A stretch of DNA of 64,000 nt. Origin: Octopus bimaculoides. Its lineage: Eukaryota. The notes beneath the pieces were generated by a model that worked only from the letters and a program-made list of their open reading frames with translations, was not told the origin of the DNA and ran no database searches. Position numbers and translations under genes: made by a program. This document shows positions 36,208 through 63,163 of this stretch, in pieces; within the stretch, counting starts at the first letter, position 1, and the number at the start of each line of letters is the position of its first letter. The stretch covers positions 7,817,588 to 7,881,587 of the forward strand of contig NC_068992.1 of the NCBI RefSeq assembly GCF_001194135.2, read 5' to 3'.

Positions 36208-36771
36208 TATATAATGTAAAAATGTATTATACTAAATGAAATAAATTTATTGACTCAAAGAATAATATCTCGTAAAATCATAATTTTTCAACATATTTAT
36301 CATATTAAATATCTGACAGTCATCTGTAAAGGTTCTTTAATTGTCCACCACGGCACACTGGTGAATCTAGGTAGCTAGGTATACCGCCATTTTAAACATT
36401 TATAAATATATAATTTGATAAATATGCAAGCAGTACGTTTGCTCACCAGTTTAAAACTCAGTCCAGCTAGGATTGAATTAAGTCGCATGAAGCAGTGTTG
36501 GATAAAATATATTCGTGTAAAGCCAGATGAATGAAGATCTGCTGCTGCGGCAAGCCTTCGACAACAGAATGTCACTATACATATCCCAGTGGACATCAAT
36601 CCATGGAAATATGTTTTTGTTCGGAATGACGGTATTCCTCAGCAACTTCGTCCACCTATTCCGGCCCTTACAAAGTAATCGACAGGAAATCAGCAGTGAA
36701 AATTAAGAGCACCGCAACAAACCACAGCACGTACCCAAGGCTCAGTAGTGCAGTGAAAGCACGTGGTAGAA

Positions 36772-36802
<31 letters not shown>

Positions 36803-37095
36803 TATTAATAATTAATTCTGGTTTTATTGGCCACAAGGGCTAATATAAATTAAAAAACATGTAAGGACAAAGACAGGACGAAGGTTACAAAGGGTTTTGT
36901 CCGAAAAGAAGAAGAAAAAAAACGTTCGTGTAAACAGAGGAAAAACAGAGAAAGATATAACAAATAAAACTCCCAATAGGGGGAGGCGCTTCGAAAGGTT
37001 ACACGTGGAAAGACCCATAAAAGCCACGGGAGCCTGGTCAGAAAAATAAGAAAGGGGTATAGTAATTATAATAATGATAATAATAATAATAATAA

Positions 37096-37730
37096 ATCCG
37101 AGTTAAATTCACGTAACAAGGTGTTAGTCATAAATTTCTTAGCAGTTCCAGTTGTTATTTACAGTTTCAATGTGTTCGACGGGAATATGAGCGAAATAAG
37201 GAAGATTGACAAGAAAATCCGTAAGCTGCTGACTTATCGATCACTGAACAACGGCAGACGCAGTTTGTCTTTACCTTCCCAGAGTCCAAGAAAGTCGAGG
37301 CTTGATCTAATTTGAAACCACCGCGATTGGACTGGCAAAATATTTTGAAATATCCAATGATTGGATGCTAAAACTCGTTAAAAACCACAAGAGACGTAAG
37401 AAGTTTGATTCTGTCATGAAGGAGAGCAAAAAATTTACTTGTGACTTCATGTACGATATTCGGATTGAACAGCATGATGGAAACGCGGCAACTGTTGTTG
37501 CAAAGAAGGTGAAATCAATGGCAAAGCAAAAAGTGTTTGAACAATTGACTGATAGGTCGGAACAAAAACCTCTGCATAGCAAATTTGCAGCCCGTAGCGA
37601 ACAAGCTGATGTAGACCAGAAGCACACGCATCAATGCATACGGAGCTCAGGGCTACAGGCAGAAAGCGAAAGCTTTATCTTAACTGCACAAGATCAGAGC
37701 TTATTGACCCGGTATTACTGGAAACCGAAT
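37096..37730 (+). mobile_element. Fragment of an RLE-type (R4/Dong-like) non-LTR retrotransposon, post-RT region
   Basis: SELNSRNKVLVINFLAVPVVIYSF...EIRKIDKKIRKLLT and KPLHSKF...SSGLQAESESFILTAQDQSLLTRYY resemble recalled R4/Dong ORF segments; frameshifted; abuts (TAA)n. Confidence 0.65.
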
Positions 37731-38089
37731 GGTAACCATCATGTATGTAGTATGTATAGTTGGATGGACGGTTGGATGGCTGTGTGTGTGTGCGTGTATG
37801 TGTGTGCGTGCGTGTGTGCGCGCGCGTGCATCAGTTTTTTTTTAGGAGACTGTCGATCGAAAAAACTCTACAGTTCAATAAAGAAACTCAATACGCAACA
37901 AATGCAGATGTATTTTTTCCCCAATATTTTCAAGATATGAATTCATGAAGCACGTGCAGCAATTCAGTTATTGTTAAAGAATATCCAAAAATGGTCCGAA
38001 TTCCTGAATCCAGATCACCTGCTTTTTGATAGTCAAAGAACAGAATAATTTTATGTATACAAGCACGCATTTGAATGGATATAAATTAT

Positions 38090-38144
<55 letters not shown>

Positions 38145-38160
38145 GTTAATCTATTTAACT

Positions 38161-38191
<31 letters not shown>

Positions 38192-39229
38192 AGTATATAT
38201 ATCTGTCTGTCTCTCTATCAATCTATCTAGCTACATATCTTTCAATCTGTCTTTATCTCTCTCACTCACTATACACGCACAAACACACATTCATAAGAAT
38301 GAGGTGTGTGTGTGTGTGAATGTGTGTGTGTGTGTGAATGTGTGTGTGTGTACGTTTGTGTGTGCGTGTGAATTAAAAGAAAGAGGACGCAATCCAGTTC
38401 CCATTGTGAGTACTTGACAAAAGATTTCTATCAACATTGATTAATAATTAACACGTGAATTGGAGACTTTTGTGCTTTTTGCCTTTGCTTATTGTTTGTA
38501 CTGCTTGTAAAATGTACGAAGCAGACTCTGGGAAAAACTGAATACATTCTTCTCTATGGACATATAATCTATCGTCACCTTGAAATATTATAGATTTGTG
38601 TGTGTGTGTGTGTGTGCGTGCGTGCGTGCGTGTGTATTTGTGGCAAGATAGATGGAGGGAAAGAGATGTGTATACGCAAACACAAATGTATATACATATC
38701 TTATCGTCTACTTGCTTCAGTCATTAGACTACGGCCATCCCGGGACACCACCGAAAAAAAAAAAATTTTCTTACAATTTTTTTGACCTCAGTACTTATAT
38801 TTTTTAAAATTCTGGTACTTTTCTATCGGTATTTTTTGCTGAACAGCTAGATAATGAGGATGTGACAACATCAGCACCGGTTTTCAAGCTGTAGTGCGAT
38901 ATACACACAGCTATAATGACACATTCATAGATATATATACATACGACAAGCTTCTTTCAGTTTCCGTCTACCTACCTACCTACCTATATATATATATATA
39001 TATATATATATCTGTACCATACTATACTGACGAGCGAAAGCTAGATATTATTCTAGTAATCGTGAAATCGTTCAATGTATAGTTGAGTTCTTTTTTAAAA
39101 AGAGGATGGTTTTTTTAAGAGTTGCTTTTCCTCGCATTCGGTAAAAATGTGTTTATTATTGAAGTCTAGTGTGTGGCATTATTCTGTAGTAATGCCCTTA
39201 TATAGATTCCCTTCAACTCATGCGTTACT

Positions 39230-39905
39230 ATCTTAAAAATGAAGAAAATTTTGGTATTAGGAAAAGGAACGTCAATGCTGACCTCAATCTGGGAAATGAA
39301 AGGCCTGAACAGGTTGAATTCTACAAGTATCTTGGAGCCTAAATCTCTGATGAAGCCATACGAAAGAAAGAAAGTAGGACATGGCTAGCCGTGCCAAGAA
39401 TGTCCAGGGAAAAGCTTGAGAACGTCTGGAGTGGCAAAAGTATCTCGACTAAGTTAAAAACAAGGCTAGTATCAGTACTCATTTGGCCAATAGCCATTCA
39501 TGGCTGCGAAGGATGGACTCTGAACAAATTTGACGAGAATATAATCAATATGTTTGGAATGCGCGGGGGTATAGGAGAACGTTACGAGTCTCTTGCAAGG
39601 ACCGTCGGGTAAATGAATGGTTGTTACAACAAGACGGTGAAAGACGATAACTTTTGAACATTGTGAAAATCAAAAGCTCATCTATTATGGCCATATTCGA
39701 AAGAAGCAAATGTCTGGAAAGCATTATCTCGAGAGGAAGAGCTGAGAGTAGTAGATCAAGAGACAGGCAAAGAATGCATGGATGGAAAATATCACAGGAT
39801 GGTTGAACTAAAGTGGTCGGGCAGTGGGAGAACCCGCGCTTAATCGGGAAGACTTTTGTTGTAGTGCCATCGACACACTGCAGACGTACGGTACATGACG
39901 ACGAC
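39230..39905 (+). mobile_element. RTE-clade LINE 3' fragment
   Basis: VEFYKYLG...KLENVWSGKSISTKLKTRLVSVLIWPIAIHGCEGWTL, followed by a degenerate Y-GHI...I.E..AESSRSR.R motif and a short-repeat tail. Confidence 0.7.
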
Positions 39906-39964
39906 TTGGATAATGCAGTCCTAGGAACTCTAGGTTAACGAAAGAAATTGTGATAAATAGACTC

Positions 39965-40397
39965 TTTTACTCTTTTACTTGTTTCAGTCATTTGACTGTG
40001 GCCATGCTGGAGCACCGCCTTTAGTCGAGCAAATCGACTCCAGGACTTATTCTTTGTAAGCCTAGTACTTATTCTATCGATCTGTTTTGCCGAACCGCTA
40101 AGTTACGGGGACGTAAACACACCCGCATCGGCTGTCAAGCGATGTTGGGGGGGACAAACACAGACACAAACATATACACACACATACACATACATATATA
40201 TATACATATATACGACGGGCTTCTTTCAGTTTCCGTCTATCAAATCCACTCACAAGGCTTTAGTCGGCCCGAGGCTACAGTAGAAGACACTTGCCCAAGA
40301 TGCCATGCAGTGGGACTGAACCCGGATCCATGTGGTTGGTAAGCAAGCTACTTTATTTCATAAATAAAGGCATTACAAAGCAGCCACTCCTGCGCCT
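39965..40397 (-). mobile_element. tRNA-derived SINE family A, near full-length copy
   Basis: Highly similar to 59625-60053. Confidence 0.85.
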
Positions 40398-41989
40398 ATA
40401 GACTGATTATATATCTGACATTAATACCGGGTGAAACCTCTTTGTTCATAGGTAGACTTAATAACGGCTGATCTGGAATTAAAGAACAACAACAACACCA
40501 ACAACAACAGAATGTCGATCATTTTTTGATTTGTGAGTAATGCATAACTGCATGTTGTTATTGTTTAACCATAGATCATTTCTGATCGAACAGATTTATG
40601 ACCAAGGACAATCCATTCATAACCACGCCGTTTTCCTTCTTTTAAGATGATAGAGTGTGATTTAAGATGATTCGAGGTGGCAGCGGCGATGATGGCAGTA
40701 GTCGGAGTCGATTCATTTGACTAAAATTCTCCAAGGTGGTGCCCCAGCATGGCCGCAGTCTAATGACTGAAACAATTAAAAGATAATAAATAGAGATAAA
40801 ATATTGGGTTTTATTCTCATCGCGGGCCCCAGAGACAAATGTCTTTAATTCTAACCTCGGGTCAATCCAAGTTTTCTTGTGTGAAATAAGCAGAGGAAAA
40901 CTGTGCGGAAGCCATCGCATGGACTATATTTGATGAGCTGTGATTTGCTCTTCTTTGCTTTATTTATCACTGTTTTAGAGTCATATGCGCTGCACTTCCC
41001 CTTCTAACAAAGATAAAATGAAAACAAATGGAAAATAGTTAAGTTAATGTTGGTTTCACATTTTTGCATAAGACCAGCAATTCCGAGGGAAGAATAAGTC
41101 GATTACATCAACCCAGTGCTCATTTTGTCAATACCGAAAGGATGAAAGGTAAAGTCGACCGCGGTGGACTTTGAACTCAGAACATAAAGACAGACGAAAT
41201 ACCTCTAAGCATTCTCGCCGGCGTTGCTAGCAATTCTGCCAGCTCACCTCCGAACATATGTAATACCTAGGACATATGTAATATCTAGGAGCAAAGCCAT
41301 GTAATACTGAACAGTTTTATTTCGATTGATATTAGAATAAAAGACGGTCGATATTTTCAAATTTCAAATGGTCTTAAAATATTTCTTTAAAGATAGGAGG
41401 CCATTTTACTTCGTCAAAGGAAAAAGAATGAAAGGTAAATATCGTTTATGCCGGTTATCAGTGATAGATAAATCGTTAAACCTTTGTTCTTATACAATGA
41501 TTATATGATTATATGATTAGAATTTTCTTTATGACATTTTGAAGTTGTTACTATCATTTTAAGACAACGTATAATTTACTTAAGCACAAAAGTCTGATAT
41601 ATTCTCTTTTTTCTTTGTTTCGTTTTTTTTTTTTAATTTTAAGAAGTAGATGGTATAATTGATTTGTACGAGCATGATTGATTAACGTGGCAGTTATCTA
41701 GCTATTCATCCTCTTCATAGATAAAAACATTTCCAAGGACGGAGGGGTCACATCACTTGCGTAACAAAAAATGTATTGTTTAAGTTACAATGCAGACTTA
41801 ATGTCTTTATGTGGACCTGTGTAGTGTATGTACATCTGCACACATAATTGGGATCCATCATATCCAAACCAAACCAATAAATGGCGCCAGTAAGCCGTTT
41901 TTTTACAATTACAGTTAATTTCTATTATGGTTTTGAAACTGTTTCAATACATACATATAATACATAAAATATACAAACATAAAATATAT

Positions 41990-42200
41990 ATATGGGAGAA
42001 TTTACGAAAAAAAAACAACAGACGAAGACAAGTGTAAACAACAAATGGATGTATTAATATAACGCTCGGGAATAGAGAAAGTCTTTGACGTTTCGAGCCT
42101 ACGCTCTTCAACTGAAAGGAACACAGAAAGAAACAAGGAGAGAAAAAAAATATAAATGTAGTGGTCAGCGATCAATCATGGCGAATGCCGAACAAAAATC
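41990..42200 (-). mobile_element. Penelope-like terminal repeat fragment with a degenerate minimal hammerhead motif (42083-42118)
   Basis: CTTT-CAGTTGA-A-GAGC GTAG GCTC-GAAA-CGTC-AAAG on the minus strand. Confidence 0.45.
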
Positions 42201-42879
42201 ATTAAAACGTTTTCACGTAAAACAATGCAAAGATGTATTGGCATTTATCGAAGTGAAATGATTCTAACTAAATGGAACTTTAAACGAAATTCCTTATTTA
42301 CGCAGGGTTTTTTTTAAAAGCTACTTNNNNNNNNNNNNNNNNNNNNNNNNNNNNNNNNNNNNNNNNNNNNNNNNNNNNNNNNNNNNNNNNNNNNNNNNNN
42401 NNNNNNNNNNNNNNNNNNNNNNNNNNNNNNNNNNNNNNNNNNNNNNNNNNNNNNNNNNNNNNNNNNNNNNNNNNNNNNNNNNNNNNNNNNNNNNNNNNNN
42501 NNNNNNNNNNNNNNNNNNNNNNNNNNNNNNNNNNNNNNNNNNNNNNNNNNNNNNNNNNNNNNNNNNNNNNNNNNNNNNNNNNNNNNNNNNNNNNNNNNNN
42601 NNNNNNNNNNNNNNNNNNNNNNNNNNNNNNNNNNNNNNNNNNNNNNNNNNNNNNNNNNNNNNNNNNNNNNNNNNNNNNNNNNNNNNNNNNNNNNNNNNNN
42701 NNNNNNNNNNNNNNNNNNNNNNNNNNNNNNNNNNNNNNNNNNNNNNNNNNNNNNNNNNNNNNNNNNNNNNNNNNNNNNNNNNNNNNNNNNNNNNNNNNNN
42801 NNNNNNNNNNNNNNNNNNNNNNNNNNNNNNNNNNNNNNNNNNNNNNNNNNNNNNNNNNNNNNNNNNNNNNNNNNNNNTA

Positions 42880-43140
42880 CAAATGATATATGAGCATATG
42901 CATGTACGCATACATATATGAACATACCTACATCTACATGTATATATAGATGCATATCCGGGTACAGGACGTCAGAAAAATGAACGGGAACATAAAGCAC
43001 AAAAACGGACTTTGTTTACAGACAACAGAACGAACACATAGGAAAACAGACGGGTCACTTATGGAATTATTCCTTCATCAGCTGCCTCTATTCTAAACTA
43101 GGCGTTTCGAAGATGGGGCAGAATGCGCTCTTAGAATAAC
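42880..43140 (-). mobile_element. Interspersed repeat, Penelope-like terminal region (second subfamily copy)
   Basis: Homologous to 15120-15368; carries GAAACGCC and CTGATGA boxes. Confidence 0.45.
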
Positions 43141-46100
43141 TCTTCCTGAGTAGTGGATTAACCCACTAAACAGAGGATTCCAAGGTAACAAACACAAACC
43201 AAGACAGGAAAAATTAGACAGTGACATATATATATATATGCATACACACACGCACATATATATGCGATGGGTTTTTTGGGGTAAGGAATGTCCATTTTTA
43301 CAAGTCTGTAAATAATGATAATATTTTATGAGGTTAAAACTTATAAGCGATTTCCGTGTAATAACCAAAGAAAATAGTCTAATATTGCCCCCTCGACGGA
43401 AAAAAGTATGGTCTTCCTACGCATGGGACTCGAACCCACAGAATTTACAACTTTGGCGACCCATTCACAGTTCACATTTTTAGCTAATACCTAACGACAT
43501 GTTTTTGTCTGGTTAGGTTGACATTGTCTCTTTGACCTAACACGGAGAAAGAACTATGTAATTGCACGGAGAGAAAGAGAGAGAGAGAGAGTGATGTGTG
43601 ATGGAGGGGAGAAATTGTTGAAATATAGGCAGACAGATAGGTAGAGATAAATGGTATAATTTACGCACACATATTGGAGTAAATTTCTTTTGCTTAAATT
43701 GCTTCTAATAGTCAGCCCTCTTATCAAGGAACCGGGTGGGGTGTCTGAGTGTATCGAGTATGTGTAGCTGTTGTCTTATTTCTATTAATGTAGAAGTAAC
43801 TATGTGTGTTTTTAAGTGAGTGTGTCTGTTTTTTGAAGTATGCATATTTAGGCGCAGGCGTGGCTGTGTGGCAAGTAGCTTGCTTCCCAACCACATGGTT
43901 CCGATTTCAATCTCACTGCGTGGTACTCTGGGCAAGTGTTGTGAGTGGATTTGATGGACGGAAACTGAAAAGAAGCTCGACGTATTTATAACCACATCTG
44001 GGGCAAAACTAGTCGGTGTACAGCACTTACTCGGTATTACCTGTATCATTCGGGTCTGGTTGACTCCATTACCCTTNNNNNNNNNNNNNNNNNNNNNNNN
44101 NNNNNNNNNNNNNNNNNNNNNNNNNNNNNNNNNNNNNNNNNNNNNNNNNNNNNNNNNNNNNNNNNNNNNNNNNNNNNNNNNNNNNNNNNNNNNNNNNNNN
44201 NNNNNNNNNNNNNNNNNNNNNNNNNNNNNNNNNNNNNNNNNNNNNNNNNNNNNNNNNNNNNNNNNNNNNNNNNNNNNNNNNNNNNNNNNNNNNNNNNNNN
44301 NNNNNNNNNNNNNNNNNNNNNNNNNNNNNNNNNNNNNNNNNNNNNNNNNNNNNNNNNNNNNNNNNNNNNNNNNNNNNNNNNNNNNNNNNNNNNNNNNNNN
44401 NNNNNNNNNNNNNNNNNNNNNNNNNNNNNNNNNNNNNNNNNNNNNNNNNNNNNNNNNNNNNNNNNNNNNNNNNNNNNNNNNNNNNNNNNNNNNNNNNNNN
44501 NNNNNNNNNNNNNNNNNNNNNNNNNNNNNNNNNNNNNNNNNNNNNNNNNNNNNNNNNNNNNNNNNNNNNNNNNNNNNNNNNNNNNNNNNNNNNNNNNNNN
44601 NNNNNNNNNNNNNNNNNNNNNNNNNNNNNNNNNNNNNNNNNNNNNNNNNNNNNNNNNNNNNNNNNNNNNNNNNNNNNNNNNNNNNNNNNNNNNNNNNNNN
44701 NNNNNNNNNNNNNNNNNNNNNNNNNNNNNNNNNNNNNNNNNNNNNNNNNNNNNNNNNNNNNNNNNNNNNNNNNNNNNNNNNNNNNNNNNNNNNNNNNNNN
44801 NNNNNNNNNNNNNNNNNNNNNNNNNNNNNNNNNNNNNNTAGGTGTTTTCGCTCAATAAACATTCACAACGCCCGGTCTGGGAATCGAAACCTCGATCCTA
44901 TGACCGCGAGTCCGCTGCCCTAACCACTGGGCCATTGCGCCCCCCCCCCTTCCGATATCCCTACATCAACACACAAAATAATGAAGGTAAAGAAACTGTT
45001 GCAAAGCCAGCTTCTTAATAACTCAGTCATATCAGTCTGAAAAAAATTGTTAACTACAAAACATAGAAGGAACTCTAAGAGATGTTAAAAAACTGATCCC
45101 ACCAATGCTAATTCGGATCTAAAAGATGGCCACAGCTAGAATGTTTTTGATCAAAGTTCTACTCAATCAGAGCTGACCAGGGGCTAAACGAAAACAATAA
45201 CAACAATTATCTTAGTAATGTATCTATCCAAACACTCGAAAGGAAAAAAAAAAAAAAAAAAAAAAGAAGGCTTAATTTATTAAAACAATTACATTGGAAT
45301 TACTATTAAGTTAGTCTCGCCATTATATTAAAGAATTTCTTACCGATTCGGATAATAAACACTTGTCATTTAAATTCCGTAGAAAAGCTATGTAATTATA
45401 CTTAATGGCATCGTGGTTTGTGTCAGCTCAAACTGGCAGTCCGCTCGCTTGAAGAGTTGCTGCTACTGGTGCTGCTGTTTCTGTTGCTGCTTCTGCTGCT
45501 GCTGCTGTTGTTGTTGTTGTTATTGTTGTTGCTGTGCTTAACCCTAGGTCAGACCTGATCCAACAGACCGGAGCAGGTGTTACAAGGATAATGTAAACCA
45601 ACGAGGGAATATTTATGCGAACACTTGATCTTTTTTGGAATTAACAACCAAATCTCTTGTAAATGACACATTGGACAATGTAGTCTTACATACACTATGC
45701 CTGAAAAAAAAAACAAGAACAAAAAAGTGGTTTGGTTATACTTGAAACACCTTTTATCAATAGGTTTGTTTGATGAAGATTGACCTGGGGTTAAATAAAA
45801 TTGAAATCAAAGACAACAAAAACAACACGAATTTACAGAGAAAACCCCAAGTGGTTTCTGATATGGTCGGAATAGCAAAACCAAATCTTTCTCAAAACAC
45901 ATTCTGTCTTGATGACACATTCTATCATGTATGAGCAGAAACATTATATAAGGCAGTAAGGCGGTGAGCTGGCAGAAAGGTTAACAAGCCGGAAAGAAAT
46001 GTCTAGCGGCATTTCTTCCAACTTTACGTTCTGAGTTCAAATAACGCCGGTGTCGATTATGCCTTTAATCCTTTCGGCCTTGATGAAATAAGTATCAATT

Positions 46101-47289
46101 GAGTCTTGTATTCAATGCAATCGATTAAGCCCCTACTCCAAAATTTAAGGCCTTAAGGCCTTGTGCTTATAGTAGAAATGACTGTATAAGGCAGTGAATT
46201 GCTTTGATCATTTGAGCATCAGAGAAAATGTCTTGCGGTATTCCTAAAGTTCTTTACGTTATGATTTCAGAACACAAAGAGTCAACCATCTTCTCTTCAT
46301 GGATAATGTCATTGATAATGTCATTAGTGCTCACACTTAACGAGCGCAGGGGCCATTGCGCCTCCACGACATTATCAATACTGTAACAAGTATATGTTAC
46401 TGATAGATGTAACGGATGCAGTGTTTGTTAGTAGCGATAGAGATTTGTTCAAATTTCGTGGGACAGTGCGATATGTACCAAATGAATTAGGACAAAAAAG
46501 TGAATTTTTATAGATTTTATTTTTAAACTGGCACTCCGTCGGGGTTCCAATGACAAGGGTTCCAGTTGACCCGATCAACGGAACAGCTTGCTCGTGAAAT
46601 TAACATGCAAGTGGCTGAACACTCCACGGACACGCATACCATTAACGTAGTCCTCGGGGAGATTCAGCGTGACAAAATGTGACAAGGCTGGTCCACTAAA
46701 ATACAGTATTACTCATTTTTGCCAGCTGAGTGGACTGGAGCAATGTGAAATAAAGTGTCTTGCTCAAGGACACAACGCGCTGCCGGGAATCGAACTCACG
46801 AATTTACGATCGTGAGGCGACTGCTCTAACCACTAAGCCACGCACCTTCACAGATTTTATTTAGCCGTTACACTTCGTCGATCGAGACCGTGTACGAGGG
46901 ATGTAGTAGTCGACTGAACGGCTCAGATAAAATATGTGGATATGCAGAGGTGCAGGCATGGCCGTGTGGTTAAGAAGCTTGCTTTGTAACCACGTGCTCT
47001 CGAGATCACTCCCTTTGCGTGGCACTTTCAGTGTCTTCAACTATAGTTCAAAATCACTCACCTCGTGGGTGATCTTGATGGGCGGAAACTGAGTAGAAGT
47101 CCGTCCTATTTGTACATGTGTGTCTTTGTTTTTGTGTTTGTTCCTCACCCACCGCTTAACACCCAGTGTTGGTTTGCTTACGTCCGCGTAACTTTAAATA
47201 CTAGACTTAAAGAACAAGTACTAGGGTCGATTTGCTCGACTAAACCCACCAAAGCAATGGTACAGCGTAGCTGCAGTGCAATGGCTGAA

Positions 47290-47449
47290 GCATGTGAAAG
47301 GAAAGCATGTGAAAGGAAAGCATGTGAAAGGAAAGCATGTGAAAGGAAAGCATGTGAAAGGAANNNNNNNNNNAGCATGTGAAAGGAAAGCATGTGAAAG
47401 GAAAGCATGTGAAAGGAAAGCATGTGAAAGGAAAGCATGTGAAAGGAAA
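47290..47449 (+). repeat. 15-bp minisatellite (GCATGTGAAAGGAAA)n at a SINE A tail
   Basis: About 10 exact units, interrupted by a 10-N gap. Confidence 0.9.
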
Positions 47450-47730
47450 GAAAGAAAGAAAAAAGAAACGAAAAATATGTGATTAAGTAATGTCATGTAG
47501 GTTCGAGACAGGATCAACATCTTTATCTAAAAGTGCGCCAAAATCCAAAGAAGATTAAAAGGAAATGTTTGTTGTGAAGGGTTGGCAGCGAAACTTTACT
47601 ACCAATAACTGTGTTTATCCCCCACCATCACTTGGCAACCGATGTTGGTGTGTTTGCATCCCTGTCTCATTCTACTTTATCACTTTACCTTATCCCATTC
47701 CCCTTATGCAATGTATCCCAGTCCCTATCA

Positions 47731-47783
<53 letters not shown>

Positions 47784-48775
47784 NNNNNNNNNNNNNNNNN
47801 NNNNNNNNNNNNNNNNNNNNNNNNNNNNNNNNNNNNNNNNNNNNNNNNNNNNNNNNNNNNNNNNNNNNNNNNNNNNNNNNNNNNNNNNNNNNNNNNNNNN
47901 NNNNNNNNNNNNNNNNNNNNNNNNNNNNNNNNNNNNNNNNNNNNNNNNNNNNNNNNNNNNNNNNNNNNNNNNNNNNNNNNNNNNNNNNNNNNNNNNNNNN
48001 NNNNNNNNNNNNNNNNNNNNNNNNNNNNNNNNNNNNNNNNNNNNNNNNNNNNNNNNNNNNNNNNNNNNNNNNNNNNNNNNNNNNNNNNNNNNNNNNNNNN
48101 NNNNNNNNNNNNNNNNNNNNNNNNNNNNNNNNNNNNNNNNNNNNNNNNNNNNNNNNNNNNNNNNNNNNNNNNNNNNNNNNNNNNNNNNNNNNNNNNNNNN
48201 NNNNNNNNNNNNNNNNNNNNNNNNNNNNNNNNNNNNNNNNNNNNNNNNNNNNNNNNNNNNNNNNNNNNNNNNNNNNNNNNNNNNNNNNNNNNNNNNNNNN
48301 NNNNNNNNNNNNNNNNNNNNNNNNNNNNNNNNNNNNNNNNNNNNNNNNNNNNNNNNNNNNNNNNNNNNNNNNNNNNNNNNNNNNNNNNNNNNNNNNNNTA
48401 CACATATATATATGTATATACACACGCACACAACACACATATTATTGCGTGTGTGTATATATATATATGTATAAAAGATGTTTAGATTTATTTCTGGACT
48501 TTAGTGTTTATCGTATTTCTTGTAATTATTGTTATTATTGAAGTCTACGCCACAATTTCAAAAACAGTGAATAACAAAGATATTCTAAAACAAGAATTAC
48601 TAAGACATTTTGTTTGTTTGTTTCTTTTTTTTATCCCTCCCTTCTCTCTTTTTCTCTCCTTTTTTATACAGTTTTTTTATATTCACTTCTATTTTGATTT
48701 TTGTTTTGTTCTTCATTTGGTAAGGAGGGAACTTCCACTTAGTCGTCTGCAATTTTCGTTTATCATTAACCCGAG

Positions 48776-48810
48776 TGACGTCATAGGTGACCAGTCGCTT
48801 GTATTATAAA
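48776..48810 (+). promoter_or_regulatory. Omega-crystallin promoter 1: perfect CRE (TGACGTCA, 48776-48783) and TATA box (TATAAA, 48805-48810)
   Basis: Palindromic CRE 21 bp upstream of TATAAA, about 125 bp upstream of the ATG. Confidence 0.7.
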
Positions 48811-48932
48811 TTCCAGTGAAATCGCCTGCAGGTGTCTAGATTCGTACTTGTTGCCAACGGTTCAAAACTAAGTCTTGAAGGCTTATTTCCAATTCTGTTT
48901 TTAAACGATTCACTACATTAACTATTGACATA

Positions 48933-63163
<14,231 letters not shown>

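Noticed and set aside
47065-47520. Repeat proteins ACERK / HVKGK / FLSHA
   Set aside because: Six-frame translations of a 15-bp minisatellite at a SINE tail.
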